Of a DNA stretch of 64,000 nt, positions 14,646 to 28,034 are shown in pieces. The notes under the pieces are model-generated. The model made no database searches. It had not been told where the DNA came from and saw only the letters and a list, made by a program, of their open reading frames with translations. Source of the stretch: Eledone cirrhosa. Taxonomy: Eukaryota. Both the position numbers and the translations under genes were made by a program. Within the stretch, counting starts at the first letter, position 1; each line of letters begins with the position of its first letter. The stretch spans positions 36,146,001-36,210,000 of the forward strand of contig OZ024742.1 in the NCBI GenBank assembly GCA_964016885.1, in the 5' to 3' direction.

Positions 14646-16390
14646 CATGGTGGCTGCCAACTCGTTTTCGAGTACGGCCACTACTTTATATCCATGTAGG
14701 AGAACCCCTACCGATGCGCTGAACGAATGTGACTTTTTAGTCCAGCCAGCGACTTGAAAACTCTGGCACAAAGACTACACTTGTGACCATTATTGACACA
14801 TAGTGCAGGGCCCATGGTACCATGTGATGACAAGTGCAGAGAGATCTCCAGATATAAAGCAATGCCTGTGCTGTGAAGCTTTTATAGTGAGCAAAGGCAC
14901 TGCACAAAGCCAGTCCCACTCTCTTAACTAAGATGATATTTACCAAAAAGAAGAACAAGTCAACATCATTGGATACCATCAGGGTTGCAGGTGTTATATC
15001 AGAGTTTTCCTTCTCCTAGAATTCTGCCTTGACAAAGGCTAAGGGGTCATCTCTCCCGGTGATTTTGGATGGCCATTGAGTCTTAAGAGCTCCTTTGCCC
15101 TTTGACAGGTTTTGTTTTTAGTCCTGCAGGATATCCAAAGTCACCCTCCTCACTAAGAAACCTTGGTGGGGTTGCCAGTTTAGTCGCCAACGACCCGACC
15201 ATGAGTCAGGTTGTACTGGGATACATGTTACCAGTAGCACGAACTGGTGACCTGACAAAAAGAAGAACAAGTCAACATCATTGGATACCATCAGAGTTGC
15301 AGGTGTTATATCAGAGTTTTCCTTCTCCTAGAATTCTGCCTTGACAAAGGCTAAGGGGTCATCTCTCCCGGTGATTTTGGATGGCCATTGACGCTAAAGA
15401 GCTCCCCTGCCCCTTGACAGGTACATATATACACACACATATATACATACATACATACATACATACATATCTATACATGGTGGCTGCCAACTCGTTTTCA
15501 AGTACGGCCACTACTTTATATCCATGTAGGAGAAGTCCTACCGATGCGCTGACGAGTGTGACTTTTTAGTCCAGCCAGCGACTTGAAAACTCTGGTACAA
15601 ACACTACACTTGTGACAAATATTGACACATAGTGCTGGGCCCATGATACCATGTGATGACAAGTGCCGAGAGATCTCCAGATATAAAAAAATGCCTGTGC
15701 TGTGAAGCTTTTATAGTGAGCAAAGGCACCGCACAAAGCCAGTCCCACTCTCTTAACCAAGATGATATTTACCAAAAAGAAGAACATGTCAACATCATTG
15801 GATACTATCAGAGTTGCAGGTGTTATATCAGAGTTTTCCTTCTCCTAGAATTCTGCCTTGACAAAGGCTAAGGGGTCATCTCTCCCGGTGATTTTGGATG
15901 GCCATTGACTCTTAAGAGCTCCTTTGCCCTTTGACAGGTTTTGTTTTTAGTCCTGCAGGATGTCCAAAGTCACCCTCCTCACCAAGAAACCTTGGTGGGG
16001 TTGCCAGTTTAGTCGCCAACGACCCGACCATGAGACAGGTTGTACTGGAATACATGTTACCAGTAGCACCAACTGGTGACCTGACATACATATATATATA
16101 CATACATACATACATATACACACATACATACATATATATATACATACACATATATATACATACATATATATATACATACATATATATACACACATACATA
16201 CATATATACATACATACATATATATATAGATACATATATATATACATACATATACACATACATACATACATATATATACATATATATATATATATACATA
16301 CATACATACACATACATATACATACATACACATATACATACATATATATATACATACATACATACATACATACATACATACATACATACA

Positions 16391-16424
<34 letters not shown>

Positions 16425-17438
16425 CATACATACACATATATATACATATATACATATACATACATACATACATACATACACATATATACATACACATACA
16501 TACACATATATATATATACATACATATATATACACACACATACATATATATATATACATACATACATACATATACATACATACACACATATACATACATA
16601 TACACATATATATATAGATATATACATATATACATATACATACATACACATATATATAGATATATATATACACACATATACATACATACACACATATATA
16701 TATACATACATACATACATATATATACATACATACATACACACATATACATACATACATACATACATATACATACACACATATATACATACATATACATA
16801 CATATATATACACACATATATATATATACATGGTGGCTGCCAACTCGTTTTCGAGTACGGCCACTACTTTATATCCATGTAGGAGAACCCTTACCGATGC
16901 GCTGAACGTGTGTGACTTTTTAGTCCAGCCAGCGACTTGAAAACTCTGGTACAAACACTACACCTGTGACAATTATTGACACATAGTGCTGGGCCCATGG
17001 TACCATGTGAGGACAAGTGCAGAGAGATCTCCAGATACAAAGCAATGCCTGTGCCGTGAAGCTTTTATAGTGAGCAAAGGCACTGCACAAAGCCAGTCCC
17101 ACTCTCTTAACCAAGATGATATTTACCAAAAAGAAGAACAAGTCAACATCATTGGATACCATCAGGGTTGCAGGTGTTATATCAGAGTTTTCCTTCTCCT
17201 AGAATTCTGCCTTGACAAAGGCTAAAGGGTCATCTCTCCCGGTGATTTTGGATGGCCATTGACTTTTAAGAGCTCCTTTGCCCTTTGACAGGTTTTGTTT
17301 TTAGTCCTGCAGGATGTCCAAAGTCACCCTCCTCACCAAGAAACCTTAGTGGGGTTGCCAGTTTAGTCGCCAACGACCCGACCATGAGACAGGTTGTACT
17401 GGGATACATGTTACCAGTAGCACCAACTGGTGACCTGA
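14646..17438 (-). mobile_element. Cluster of three ~610 bp RTE-derived non-autonomous elements (family A): 14646-15257, 15476-16086, 16829-17438, plus partial 15258-15422
   Basis: Highly similar copies, same orientation, separated by (CATA)n-like tails; 3' part encodes a relic of the RTE zinc finger. Confidence 0.85.
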
Positions 17439-17828
17439 TATATACATACATATATATATACATACATATATATATACATACATACATATATACATATACA
17501 TACATATACATATACATATATATATACATACATACACACACACACATACATATATACATACATACACACATATATATACATATATACATACATACATATA
17601 TACATATACACATATATACACATCCATACACATACATACATACATATACACATACACATACATACATACATACATACATACATACACATACATATACATA
17701 CATCATCACCATCATCATCATCGCTCAACGCCCGTGTTCCACGCCTGCATGGGTCCGGACATACATACATACATACATACATACATACATACATACATAC
17801 ATACATACATACATACATACATACATAC

Positions 17829-19633
17829 GTGATGGCTGCCCCCTCGTTATCGAGTATGGCCATTGCACGAGGAGAAAGAAAAAAAAAAAAAAATAAAAAT
17901 AAATAAATTAATTAATTAATTAATTAATTAATTAAAAAAAAAATAATAATAATAAATAAATAAAAATTAAAAAAAAAGGAAATTATATATATATATATAC
18001 ATATACATACATATATACACACACACACACACATACTCACACACACATATACACACACATACATTAATAACAATAATAATAATAATAATAATAATAACAA
18101 CAATAATAATAACGACAACCACAATAATAATATACATATACATATATATACACACACACGCACACACATAAGCATATCTACACACACACACACACACGAT
18201 AGCAACTAACAGCGCTGCGATCGAATGTGGCTTTTTAGCCCAGCCAATGATCTAAAATGTCTTGCACAGAGTCGGCAACCAAAACATTCACTGGGAATAG
18301 TCGGCTGTGGTTGGAGTTCGTGTACTTTTGCATGTCGCTTGAGCCCTCCTGCTGATTTACATTCTCTACCACATGTTTGGCAAGCATGATCAATAGCATC
18401 TCCAACAGCAGCCTGGTAGTCAACCACTGGTCTTACTTTATGACTGCGAAGATGACTTTCGAGTCCAGCTTTGCTTAGGCAGAGTCTCGCACATACGCTG
18501 CATGTCAGCACCATAGGAGGACCCTCGCCGTCTGGAAGTGCAACAGCAATGCCCTTCCTCACATCCCGCTTTACTTTCTCATATGCGATTCGAGATGCCT
18601 CAAAGGCAACTTTTCCCTCATATACAGTCTTTCTCCATTTATTACGATCAGCAGCAATATTCTCCCATGTATCAGCAGAGATGTTAGCGTCTTTCAGAGA
18701 GGCTTTCAAGGAATCCTTATACCTCTTCTTTGGTTTATGTGGCGGTCGTTTTCCTTTAACCAACTCTCCATAAAAGAGTTGTTTTGGTATTCTAGAATCC
18801 TTCATCCTGGCAAGGTGAGCACTCCAACGGAGTCGTTGCTTAAGCACAAGAGCTTCTATACTGTCACACATAGAGCTTTCCAAAATCTCGACATCACTGA
18901 TGTGGTCCCTCCAGTGAACGCCATGGATCCGTCTGAGACACATCTGATGGAAACGCTCCAATTGCTTAAGGTGGTGTCGATATGTGACCCAGGTCTCGCA
19001 GGCATAAAGAAGACAAGATAGCACATATGCCCTGTACACCTTTACCTTTGTCCTCCTGCATATGTCTCGCCGACCCCAGAGTCGCCTTTCTAGCTTTCCG
19101 AAAGCATCACTTGCTTTCCTAATCCTAAGTGAGATTTCACCGTCAAGGTTGCTGTATCGATTGACAGTGCTTCCCAGGTAGACAAACTGATCAACCACTC
19201 CAAGTCGTTTGCCAAACACATAGATGTTTGGTTCAGTGTACTGCTTACCAGGGGCAGGTTGGTACATGACGACGGTTTTCTTGAGACTGACAGTCAGACC
19301 TAGGGCAGTGCAAGCGTCACAAAATGCATTCAAAATGTGCTGCATATCACTCTCTGTGTGCGCTACAAGATCGCAATCATCTGCATACAAGAGATCTCTT
19401 ATGGTTGATGTAAATACCTTTGTCTTCGCAGCAAAGTGCCTGATGTTAAATATGCTGCCTGAGGTTCGATATCGGATGTAAACACCATGCTCGCAATTCC
19501 TGAATGCAATACAGAAAACCATTGCAAAGTATATGGCAAACAGGGTCGGTGCTGGAATATCCCCCTGTTTCACTCCATTTTTTACTGAGATAGGCTCCGA
19601 CATGTTACCCCCGACAACAACAACAGCGGCATC
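17829..19633 (-). mobile_element. 5'-truncated RTE-clade LINE with microsatellite-rich 3' UTR
   Basis: ORF 18206-19603; 3' terminal motif tcgtgcaatggccatactcgataacgagggggcagccatc then (tatg)n; linking that motif to this ORF is an inference. Confidence 0.8.
18206..19603 (-). CDS. RTE-clade reverse transcriptase C-terminal half plus three C2H2-type zinc fingers
   Basis: GVKQGD, LLYADD, FVYLGS, LLYACETW, LRWSAHLARM motifs; CxxC..SxxGLxxH x3; open frame but truncated. Confidence 0.9.
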   Translation of the reverse strand: MSEPISVKNGVKQGDIPAPTLFAIYFAMVFCIAFRNCEHGVYIRYRTSGSIFNIRHFAAKTKVFTSTIRDLLYADDCDLVAHTESDMQHILNAFCDACTALGLTVSLKKTVVMYQPAPGKQYTEPNIYVFGKRLGVVDQFVYLGSTVNRYSNLDGEISLRIRKASDAFGKLERRLWGRRDICRRTKVKVYRAYVLSCLLYACETWVTYRHHLKQLERFHQMCLRRIHGVHWRDHISDVEILESSMCDSIEALVLKQRLRWSAHLARMKDSRIPKQLFYGELVKGKRPPHKPKKRYKDSLKASLKDANISADTWENIAADRNKWRKTVYEGKVAFEASRIAYEKVKRDVRKGIAVALPDGEGPPMVLTCSVCARLCLSKAGLESHLRSHKVRPVVDYQAAVGDAIDHACQTCGRECKSAGGLKRHAKVHELQPQPTIPSECFGCRLCARHFRSLAGLKSHIRSQRC

Positions 19634-19991
19634 AAAAGATTAAAAAAAAAAAAAAAAAACTCAAAATAACAAAACACACACACACACACACACGCACACA
19701 ACACAACAACAACATCAACTGCCACCACCACCACTACCGCCGCCGCCATCACCATCACCAGTGACCGGGCCTTAAGAAAACAATTTTAATAATAATTTTT
19801 CTGATTTTGGCACGGATCCAGCGACTAGTCCAGCGCATCACTGGTACTCTCTTTTGTTGACTCCGTGGGGATGAAAGGCAAGGTTGACCTCGGCGGGATT
19901 TAAGCTCAGAGCGTGGAGAGCCATAACTCTATGCTGTAAAGCAATTATAATAATACTGGACTGTACATACATACATACATATATACATACA

Positions 19992-22900
19992 TTCCATCAG
20001 TCAACGCGATCAGTCGCATATTTTGGCGTGGGAGACTATTTATTAAATTTAAGATGAATACTATCTCTGACAGTAATGCCACAACTACAGCCAGGTTGAA
20101 TAACTGGTTATTCTTCTAACTATCCCTTCTGAAGACACCTTTTATTCGAATTCGTAGAGATATCCGACTAAATACATAATTCATTTTACAAGGATTTGCT
20201 ACAAACAGTATGGCTGAACACAACATCAACAAGAAAATTAAGGAAGTATCGAAGACAAATAACAAAGAAGGTAATCAAACTTTATTCAGTTGTAGCTACA
20301 GAAGAAACCGAAATTATAAATCGCATTTCTCTTGGAGTTGCGAACTTAATAATTGTTTCTACTTTAGGCACAAGGCCAGCAATTATCCAGTGCATTACTG
20401 GTACTTTATTTTATCGACCCCGTAAGGATGAAAGGCAAAGTCAACCTCGGCGGGATTTGAACTCAGATCGTAAAGGGACGTAACTATGCTGGAAAGCATG
20501 GCGTCCGACCCTCTACCGATACTGCCAATGATTTATTTAATTGTTATAAAATGGCAAAAAACAATCCCTCCATTGGCTATATGAATAGAATGAAGCTACA
20601 CTGGGACGAAATGCACCCAGAGCTAAATTATTTCACAGCGAAACAATTACGCCAACAAGCGACGTTTGTTGAACGTAAAAATAAGATAAATATTATTAAT
20701 TGTAAGTCCCCCACAACAAACATGGAATCAACAACACGTGCTACAGATCGCCATGCTACTAGACTTCCTAGCAGCCAGGTCGAACAGCGTCTTGAAACAA
20801 CTATGCCTGTAAGAAACTTGACACCACCTGTACCATCTAAGTCTACCTCGAATGCTGGGGAAAACACTATCGATAATAATAATAATCGAATAAATGTAAC
20901 ACCACGTATACCATCCGAGTCTACCTCGACTGTTGTGGAAAATATTATCGATAATGATAATCAAAAGTATAAACAATTGAAAATTTCCCTCAACGAAATC
21001 TTCCAGAGAGAAATTAACTCATGTATAAATATCTCTCTGGCTGAACGTGTTAAAATGACAATGGTGAATAAAAAACCAAATAATGAAATACTACGTGTTA
21101 ATGACGAAATAGGGGATGAATATTTACAACGGATAAAAACCCCAACATTTTGGCAAATCAACGCCTGTTTATATGCCTTACCTGGTGATAGCAGAGATAT
21201 TAACAAGAACAAAACACCACCAAAAATACCATCATATATAACTAAAATAGAGTGCTGACCTACGAAAAAAAATAGGACATGTGACAATGCTCTTTACATG
21301 CAAACAAACACAAAAAAACTCACTCCTCACCAACAAAGAGTGAAAAATGAAATAGAGACGATGTTTGGTAACAGTAGAACCAGAACTCTCCAATATAAGC
21401 TGATCACCCTCAAACAAGAATTGAGAGCTGTTAGCGAAAAACGCCGCTACCTGAAGAAGGTAGATGAGAGAAAAATGCTTAATAAAAGATTCAGACGAAA
21501 CCAAACATCAGTATATAGAGATATGAAGGGCAAAATAATAAGTGTCACTGAGGCCCCATCCCAGAAAGACATAGATTCCTTTTGTAGGAAAATATTGGGT
21601 GAAAAGAAGAATTTCAACCAAGATGCATTGTGGCTAAGAGAAATCCGAAAGAACTATTGCTCCTACACTACAACAAAAACATACGAAATAAGTGAGGGTA
21701 CTCTTGAGACTGTGATAGGAAAACTCCAAGATAAGAAAACACCAGGAAGAGACATGATAGTCGGCTAATGGTACAAAAAACTAATATTCTATCGGAGGTA
21801 TCTTACTGACCTCTACCAACAAGTTCTTAAGGGAGATACACTTATACCAGAATGGTTGACATTAGCACAAACGTTACTGGTCCCCAAGAACAAAGACACC
21901 CACTTGGCAAAAAACTACCGACCCATTGCATGCCAGAACCTGATGTATAAGATGTATACAGCCTGTCTGAACCTATTCCTCCAAGATCACTGTGAAAATA
22001 ATAACATCATCACAGATGAACAAGCAGCTGGAAAGAAAAGGGTTTGGGGATGTGCTGAACAACTCCTAATCAACAAAACTGCGATGTCGGAGGTGCGACA
22101 ACTTAGGAGGAATATGACTACAGTCTGGCTGGACTACAAGAAAGCTTTCGATTCTGTTCCCCACTCTTAGATGATAGAGGCCCTCCAACTTGCTAAAGTC
22201 CCAGACATTGTCAGAGCCATAGAGAGGCTGTCTTCTTCTTGGGCTACTATCCTAAAGACAGAGAGGGACGACTCTATTTTCACTGATAAAATAAAATATT
22301 GCAGGGGTATATTTCAGGGGACAGTCTCTCTGTGATATTGTTCATCTTGTCATTAAACCCCTTGTCCTTTCTGCTCAAGAAATGTGAGGGATACATCATT
22401 GGCTCACAGGAGGACAGAAATACGAACCTAACCCATAACTTCTTTGTGGACGATCTGAAACTCTATGCCAAGAACATGGATGGGATGAAGAAAAATCTTG
22501 ACTTGGTTACAACGTTCTCAAAGGATATAGGAATGGAGTTTGGACAAGATAAATGCTAATACAGGACTGTAAAGCGGGGAAAAACAACAACCCAATCTAG
22601 CAACATTGTCATCAATGGTCTAAATGTTTCACCGATATCTGATGAGGACTGCTACAGATACCTGGGGATAGATGAGAACATATCCTATAATGGTATCTGT
22701 AATAAAGAACGCGTAAACAGGGAATACTACACCCGATTAAGAAAGATCTGATCATCGGAACTCTCTGCGCAAAACAAAACAGTGGCTCACAATGTGTTTG
22801 CTGTGCCTGTCCTAACACCAACGTTTGGAATACTTAATTGGACGATAGACGAAATCCGAGCAGTTGATGTTGGAACTCGAAAAATACTGAACAACACCGG

Positions 22901-24235
22901 AAACTTCCACATCAACAGTAACATAGACCGCCTTTACTTGAAACGTAAGCAGGGAGGCAGAGGCCTAACATCAGTCCAGACAACATTTGAATGTCGCATC
23001 ATATCTCTCCGACAACATCTACGAACCTCGAAGCGTAGGAGCCCGCTTCTCGAGCAAGTCTATCTGGATGAAACAGATAAGATCATGAGAGTTGGGAAGG
23101 AACTCCTTGAGAGATATTCCCTGTGTGATAATCAAAACTCACACCCAGGGATGTCGCTCAGAATTATCGCAGTGAATCCATGGATGAAAAACTGCATGCC
23201 TATCAGCAAAAAATCATGCATGGATATGTTGCCAGGAAGCTCCAGAGTGAGAGTAATATAGATAAGGAAAGTAGTCTATCTTGGACCAACAACCGCTATA
23301 TTGTCACCCACTTTGAAGGATACGCTTTTGCAATCCAAGAACAGGAGATTAGCACGAAATACCTGATTCACAAAAGAGATAGGCATGCAGGCAAAACACC
23401 TAGATGTGATAACAAGTGCAGACTCTGCAGAACTAATATCGAGGATATCACCCATGTCATCAGCAGCTGCCCAAAGATGTCATCGCGGTACTATCTACCT
23501 ATGAGGCATGATGTAGTGGCCAAAACACTGTACAATGCAATTCGTAAAAAAGATAGCCCCGATAATAAACACATTAAAAGCTACAACAATGTGGAAGACA
23601 TCATGTACATAATATAAAAGAGTACTGGTGGAATGTTCCAGTAAAAACCCCAATAAAATGCAGGCATAACAGACCAGATATTATGATATGGGACAGGGAG
23701 AAGAAAACATGCACAGTAGTGGAAATTAGCTGCCCAGCAGATGCCAATATAATATCAAAGATTAGTGAAAAGGAGAATATTTATGCAGAACTGATGAGAA
23801 ATCTGCAGATACTCCACCCTGATTACACCTTCAGATTTATGCCTGTGATTATTGGGGCACTGGGATATGTTAGTAACTGCCTCAATACAAATCTTGAGAA
23901 GCTAGGCTTCACAGGAACAGAAAGAACACAACTAGTTAGGAAATTACAAGTACAATCCATTAATGGAACAGTAAAAATATGTAAAACATTCCAAAAATGT
24001 TGCATCTAATAACTGCATATACACATGTACAGATACAAAGCATATACATCCACACATACAACTCAAAACATACACATCCACACATACAATAACATCCATA
24101 TCTACACATGCATGCATACATACATATATCCCTAGTTGATGTTGTGTAAATTCCAATGAGAGAGTCTTGTGTCTATGTTAGAAACCGACTCTCTCTCTAT
24201 TGGTAAAACTTTGTGAAATTATAAAACCAGAAGAA
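19992..24235 (+). mobile_element. Near full-length R4/Dong-clade (RLE) non-LTR retrotransposon, inactivated
   Basis: KNYRPIAC, WLDYKKAFDSVPH, GDSLS, FFVDDLKLY, CRLC..H....C knuckle, RHD, RPDIMIWD..VVEISCP nuclease; stops and frameshifts; (CATA)n on both sides. Confidence 0.9.
20351..20528 (-). mobile_element. tRNA-SINE inserted in the Dong-like element
   Basis: Same SINE consensus as 9162-9342. Confidence 0.85.
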
Positions 24236-24267
24236 CATACATACACACATACATACATACATACATT

Positions 24268-24863
24268 GTACAAGTACACTCCATTAATGGAACAGTAAAA
24301 ATATGTAAAACATTCCAAAGATTTAGCATCTAATAACTGCATATACACATGTACAAATACAAAGCAAATGCACATGCATACATACAACTCAAAACATCCA
24401 CATCCACACATACAATAACATCCATACCTTTACACATATGTCTGCGTGCAGACATACATACATATCTGCCTACTTGATGTGTAAATTCCAATGAGACAGT
24501 CTTGTGTCTATGTTAGAAACCGACTCTCTCTCTATTGGGAAAAATTTGTGAAATTATAAAATCAGAAGAACATACATAAATACAAGTACAATCCATTAAT
24601 GGAACAGTAAAAATATGTAAAACATTCCACAAATTTTGCATCTAATGACTGCATATACACATGTACAGATACTAAGCATATACACATGCACACATACAAC
24701 TCAAAACATACAATAACATCCATATCTACACATGCATGGATGCAGACATGCATACATATCTACCTAGTTGATGTTGTGTAAATTCCAATGAGAGAGTCTT
24801 GTGTCTATGCTAGAAACCGACTCTCTATTGGGAAAAATTTGTGAAATTATAAAACCAGAAGAA
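24268..24863 (+). mobile_element. Two extra 3'-end copies (~290 bp) of the Dong-like element
   Basis: 24268-24570 and 24581-24863 repeat 23945-24235, each ending cagaagaa(cata)n. Confidence 0.85.
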
Positions 24864-24985
24864 CATACATACATACATGCATCATTGGATACCATCAGGG
24901 TTGCAGGTGTTATATCATACATACATACATACATACATACATACATACATACATACATACATACATACATACATACATACATACA

Positions 24986-25016
<31 letters not shown>

Positions 25017-25400
25017 GACACGTATGTCTAAAGAGTCTAAGAAGTACATGTGCGTGAATTCGATTATAGTGGACGTGGTTTGCACAAACCATCCACACTT
25101 CCCAGAAAAAAAAAAAACCAACAGGAAAAGCCGATGGCCCGACTTAGGTTGGGACGACCAGCAACTGATCCATTTTCAGATTTTCCACCAGAGTTGCCCT
25201 CTTCTAATAAACATTTGGATGACCGTGACCGTTGACTCATGAATTCTTCCGTCAGTTCGACGGATTATGTTTTTCCTCCCACAGAATATCCTAAAAATCA
25301 CCATCCTCACTAAGCTAGCTTGATGGAGCTGCCGAGTTTAGTCACCGACGACCTGACCATATGACAGGTTGTATTGCGTTACATACATACATACATACAT

Positions 25401-25752
25401 GATGGCTGCCCCCCTCGTTATCGAGTATGGCCATTGCACGAAATACCATCATTAATAATTATTAATTAATTCTATCGTGCAATTCCTGTGCGTGAAGATA
25501 TTTTTTAAAGTGAGGAAAGACTGTGCACCGAGCCAATCCCACTCTCTGAGCGACAGTAGCTATAACCCGAAAAGAAGAAAAGATCAAGATCATGGGTAAC
25601 TTCTGAGCCGCAGGTTTTATATCGGAGTTATCCCAGTTTCTTGAGTGACCTTCTCCTAGTTGAATGCCCTGACAAAGGCTAGGGGTCCTTCACTCCCAGT
25701 TGTTTAACCACGCGATCGGGTGTCCAGCCCGACTATTTCTATGTTCCCGCGC
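25401..25752 (-). mobile_element. RTE-derived non-autonomous element, family B
   Basis: Matches 345-697; 3'-end fragments also at ~14440-14552 and ~34600-34655. Confidence 0.75.
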
Positions 25753-25799
25753 ATATACATATACATGCACCCATGTATATGTACATATATACATACATA

Positions 25800-26665
25800 C
25801 ATGGTGGCTGCCAACTCGTTATCGAGTACGGCCACTACTTTATATCCATGTAGGAGAACGCCTACCGATGCGCTGACGAGTGTGACTTTTTAGTCCAGCC
25901 AGCGACTTGAAAACTCTGGTACAAACACTACACTTGTGATAATTATTGACACATAGTGCTGGGCCCATGGTACCATGTGACGACAAGTGCAGAGAGATCT
26001 CCAGATATAAAGCAATGCCTGTGCCGTGAAGCTTTTATAGTGAGCAAAGGCACTGCACAAAGCCAGTCCCACTCTCTTAACCAAGATGATATTTACCAAA
26101 AAGAAGAACAAGTCAACATCATTGGATACCATCAGGGTTGCAGGTGTTATATCAGAGTTTTCCTTCGCCTAGAATTCTGCCTTGACAAAGGCTAAGGGGT
26201 CATCTCTCCCGGTGATTTTGGATGGCCATTGATTCTTAAGAGCTCCTTTGCCCTTTGACAGGTTTTGTTTTTAATCCTGCAGGATGTCCAAAATCACCCT
26301 CCTCACCAAGAAACCTTGGTGGGGTTGCCAGTTTAGTCGCCAACGACCCGACCATGGGACAGGTTGTACTGAAATACATGTTACCAGTAGCACCAAGTGG
26401 TGACCTGACATAGTTTTCCTTCTCCTAGAATTCTGCCTTGACAAAGGCTAAGGGGTCATCTCTCCCGGTGATTTTGGATGGCCATTGACTCTTAAGAGCT
26501 CCTTTGCCCCTTGACAGGTTTTGTTTTTAGTCCTGCAGGATATCCAAAGTCACCTTCTCACCAAGAAACCTTGGTGGGGTTGCCAGCTTAGTCGCCAACA
26601 ACCCGACCACAGGACAGGTTGTACTGGAATACATGTTACCAGTAGCACCAAGTGGTGACCTGACA
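25800..26665 (-). mobile_element. RTE-derived family A element (25800-26410) plus duplicated 5' part (26412-26665)
   Basis: Same sequence as the 14.6-17.4 kb copies. Confidence 0.85.
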
Positions 26666-26902
26666 TACATACATACATACATACATACATACATACATAC
26701 ATACATACATACATACATACATACATACATACATACATACATACACAGTAATCCTACTTTTATAAATGGAAGTCTTACGATTAAGATATTAAATAGCCTT
26801 CTCAATCTTTAGAATTTTTGCCATTTCATATACACAGAATCGTTAAGCCCGAAGTAACAATTGAGCCTCTACATGATGAATTCACAAACCTTTTAGACCA
26901 TT

Positions 26903-27150
26903 GTGAAGGCGCATGGTTTAGTGGTAAGAGCATTGGGCTTGCAATCGAAAGGTAGTGAGTTCAATTCTCGGACCAGGTGATATGTTGTTTCCTTGAGCAA
27001 GACACTTTATTTCACGTTGTTCCAGTTTACTCAGCTGTAAAAATGAGATGATAGGACTGGGGTCCTTATCATTAAATCACCCAAGACAACTTCAACGAGA
27101 TATACCTTGGAGGAAGCCAGCTAAACCTGCATAGGTGTGAGTTGTAACAA
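26903..27150 (+). mobile_element. Second tRNA-derived SINE family
   Basis: tggtttagtggtaagagc A box, gagttcaattc B box, ccttgagcaagacact core; reverse copy at ~36215-36463. Confidence 0.7.
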
Positions 27151-27799
27151 CAGCAACATTGATCCCTTCATGGAATCTTTGGATGTTCATAGACCCCAGC
27201 TATGTACACCCGTAAATAGGTAAATAGATAAATATACCAGTAAACACAAAATAACATAAATAGACAATAAAGACTAATTATATAATAATCAGAAACCTGT
27301 ATAAGCAAGTTGTACTTCATTGTATTACTTTTAAATGTAGAAATGAGCCAAATGCCTGGAAAGTACTATTTTTGGAGCAAATGGTGATTAAAATAGCACC
27401 ACGGCTACAGCAGTTATATATTACAATCACACGAACACATACCGTAACCTGGCATTCAATATATAAAATGTAACATTCTGTTTAGCCAGGAATATTTATA
27501 CCGTTGTTTATGGTGTATGTACCAAGGAAAAAAGACTTTCAGAACTCGAAGTATTACTACTGAAACAAAAATACACACCACCTCTTATACAAAATGGTAC
27601 AAAACGTGTGAAACTAATAGCTATAGAGCCATGTCGGGCAGCCCAAGACCGAGATATTCTACTCTTTGAAGCAACACATAATAAATATAATTAAAATACA
27701 GGGTGTCCCAAAAAATGTATACACACTTTGATTACCTGTACAGGAAATATTTATTAGAATGCTGTTGAAATGTGTATACATTTTGGGGGGATTCCCTGT

Positions 27800-27988
27800 C
27801 GTGAATTGGCAGTATCGGTAGAGGGTCGGACGCCATGCTTTGACGCATAGAGTTACGGCCCTTGCCATTCTGAGTTCACATCCCGCCAAGGTTAACTTTG
27901 CCTTTCATCCTTACGGGGTCGATAAAATAAAGTACCAGTAATGCACTGGGTAATTGCTGGCCTTGTGCTAAAAGTAGAAACAATTATT
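27800..27988 (+). mobile_element. tRNA-SINE
   Basis: Same consensus as 9162-9342, plus strand. Confidence 0.85.
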
Positions 27989-28034
27989 AAAGACGGTAAT
28001 CAGACATACCGAATATCAAACAAAGTAATAAACT

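Noticed and set aside
14737-14979. Recurrent 80-aa ORF MVSNDVDL... in family A copies
   Set aside because: Conserved only because the copies are young; no domain. The meaningful relic is the zinc finger in another frame.
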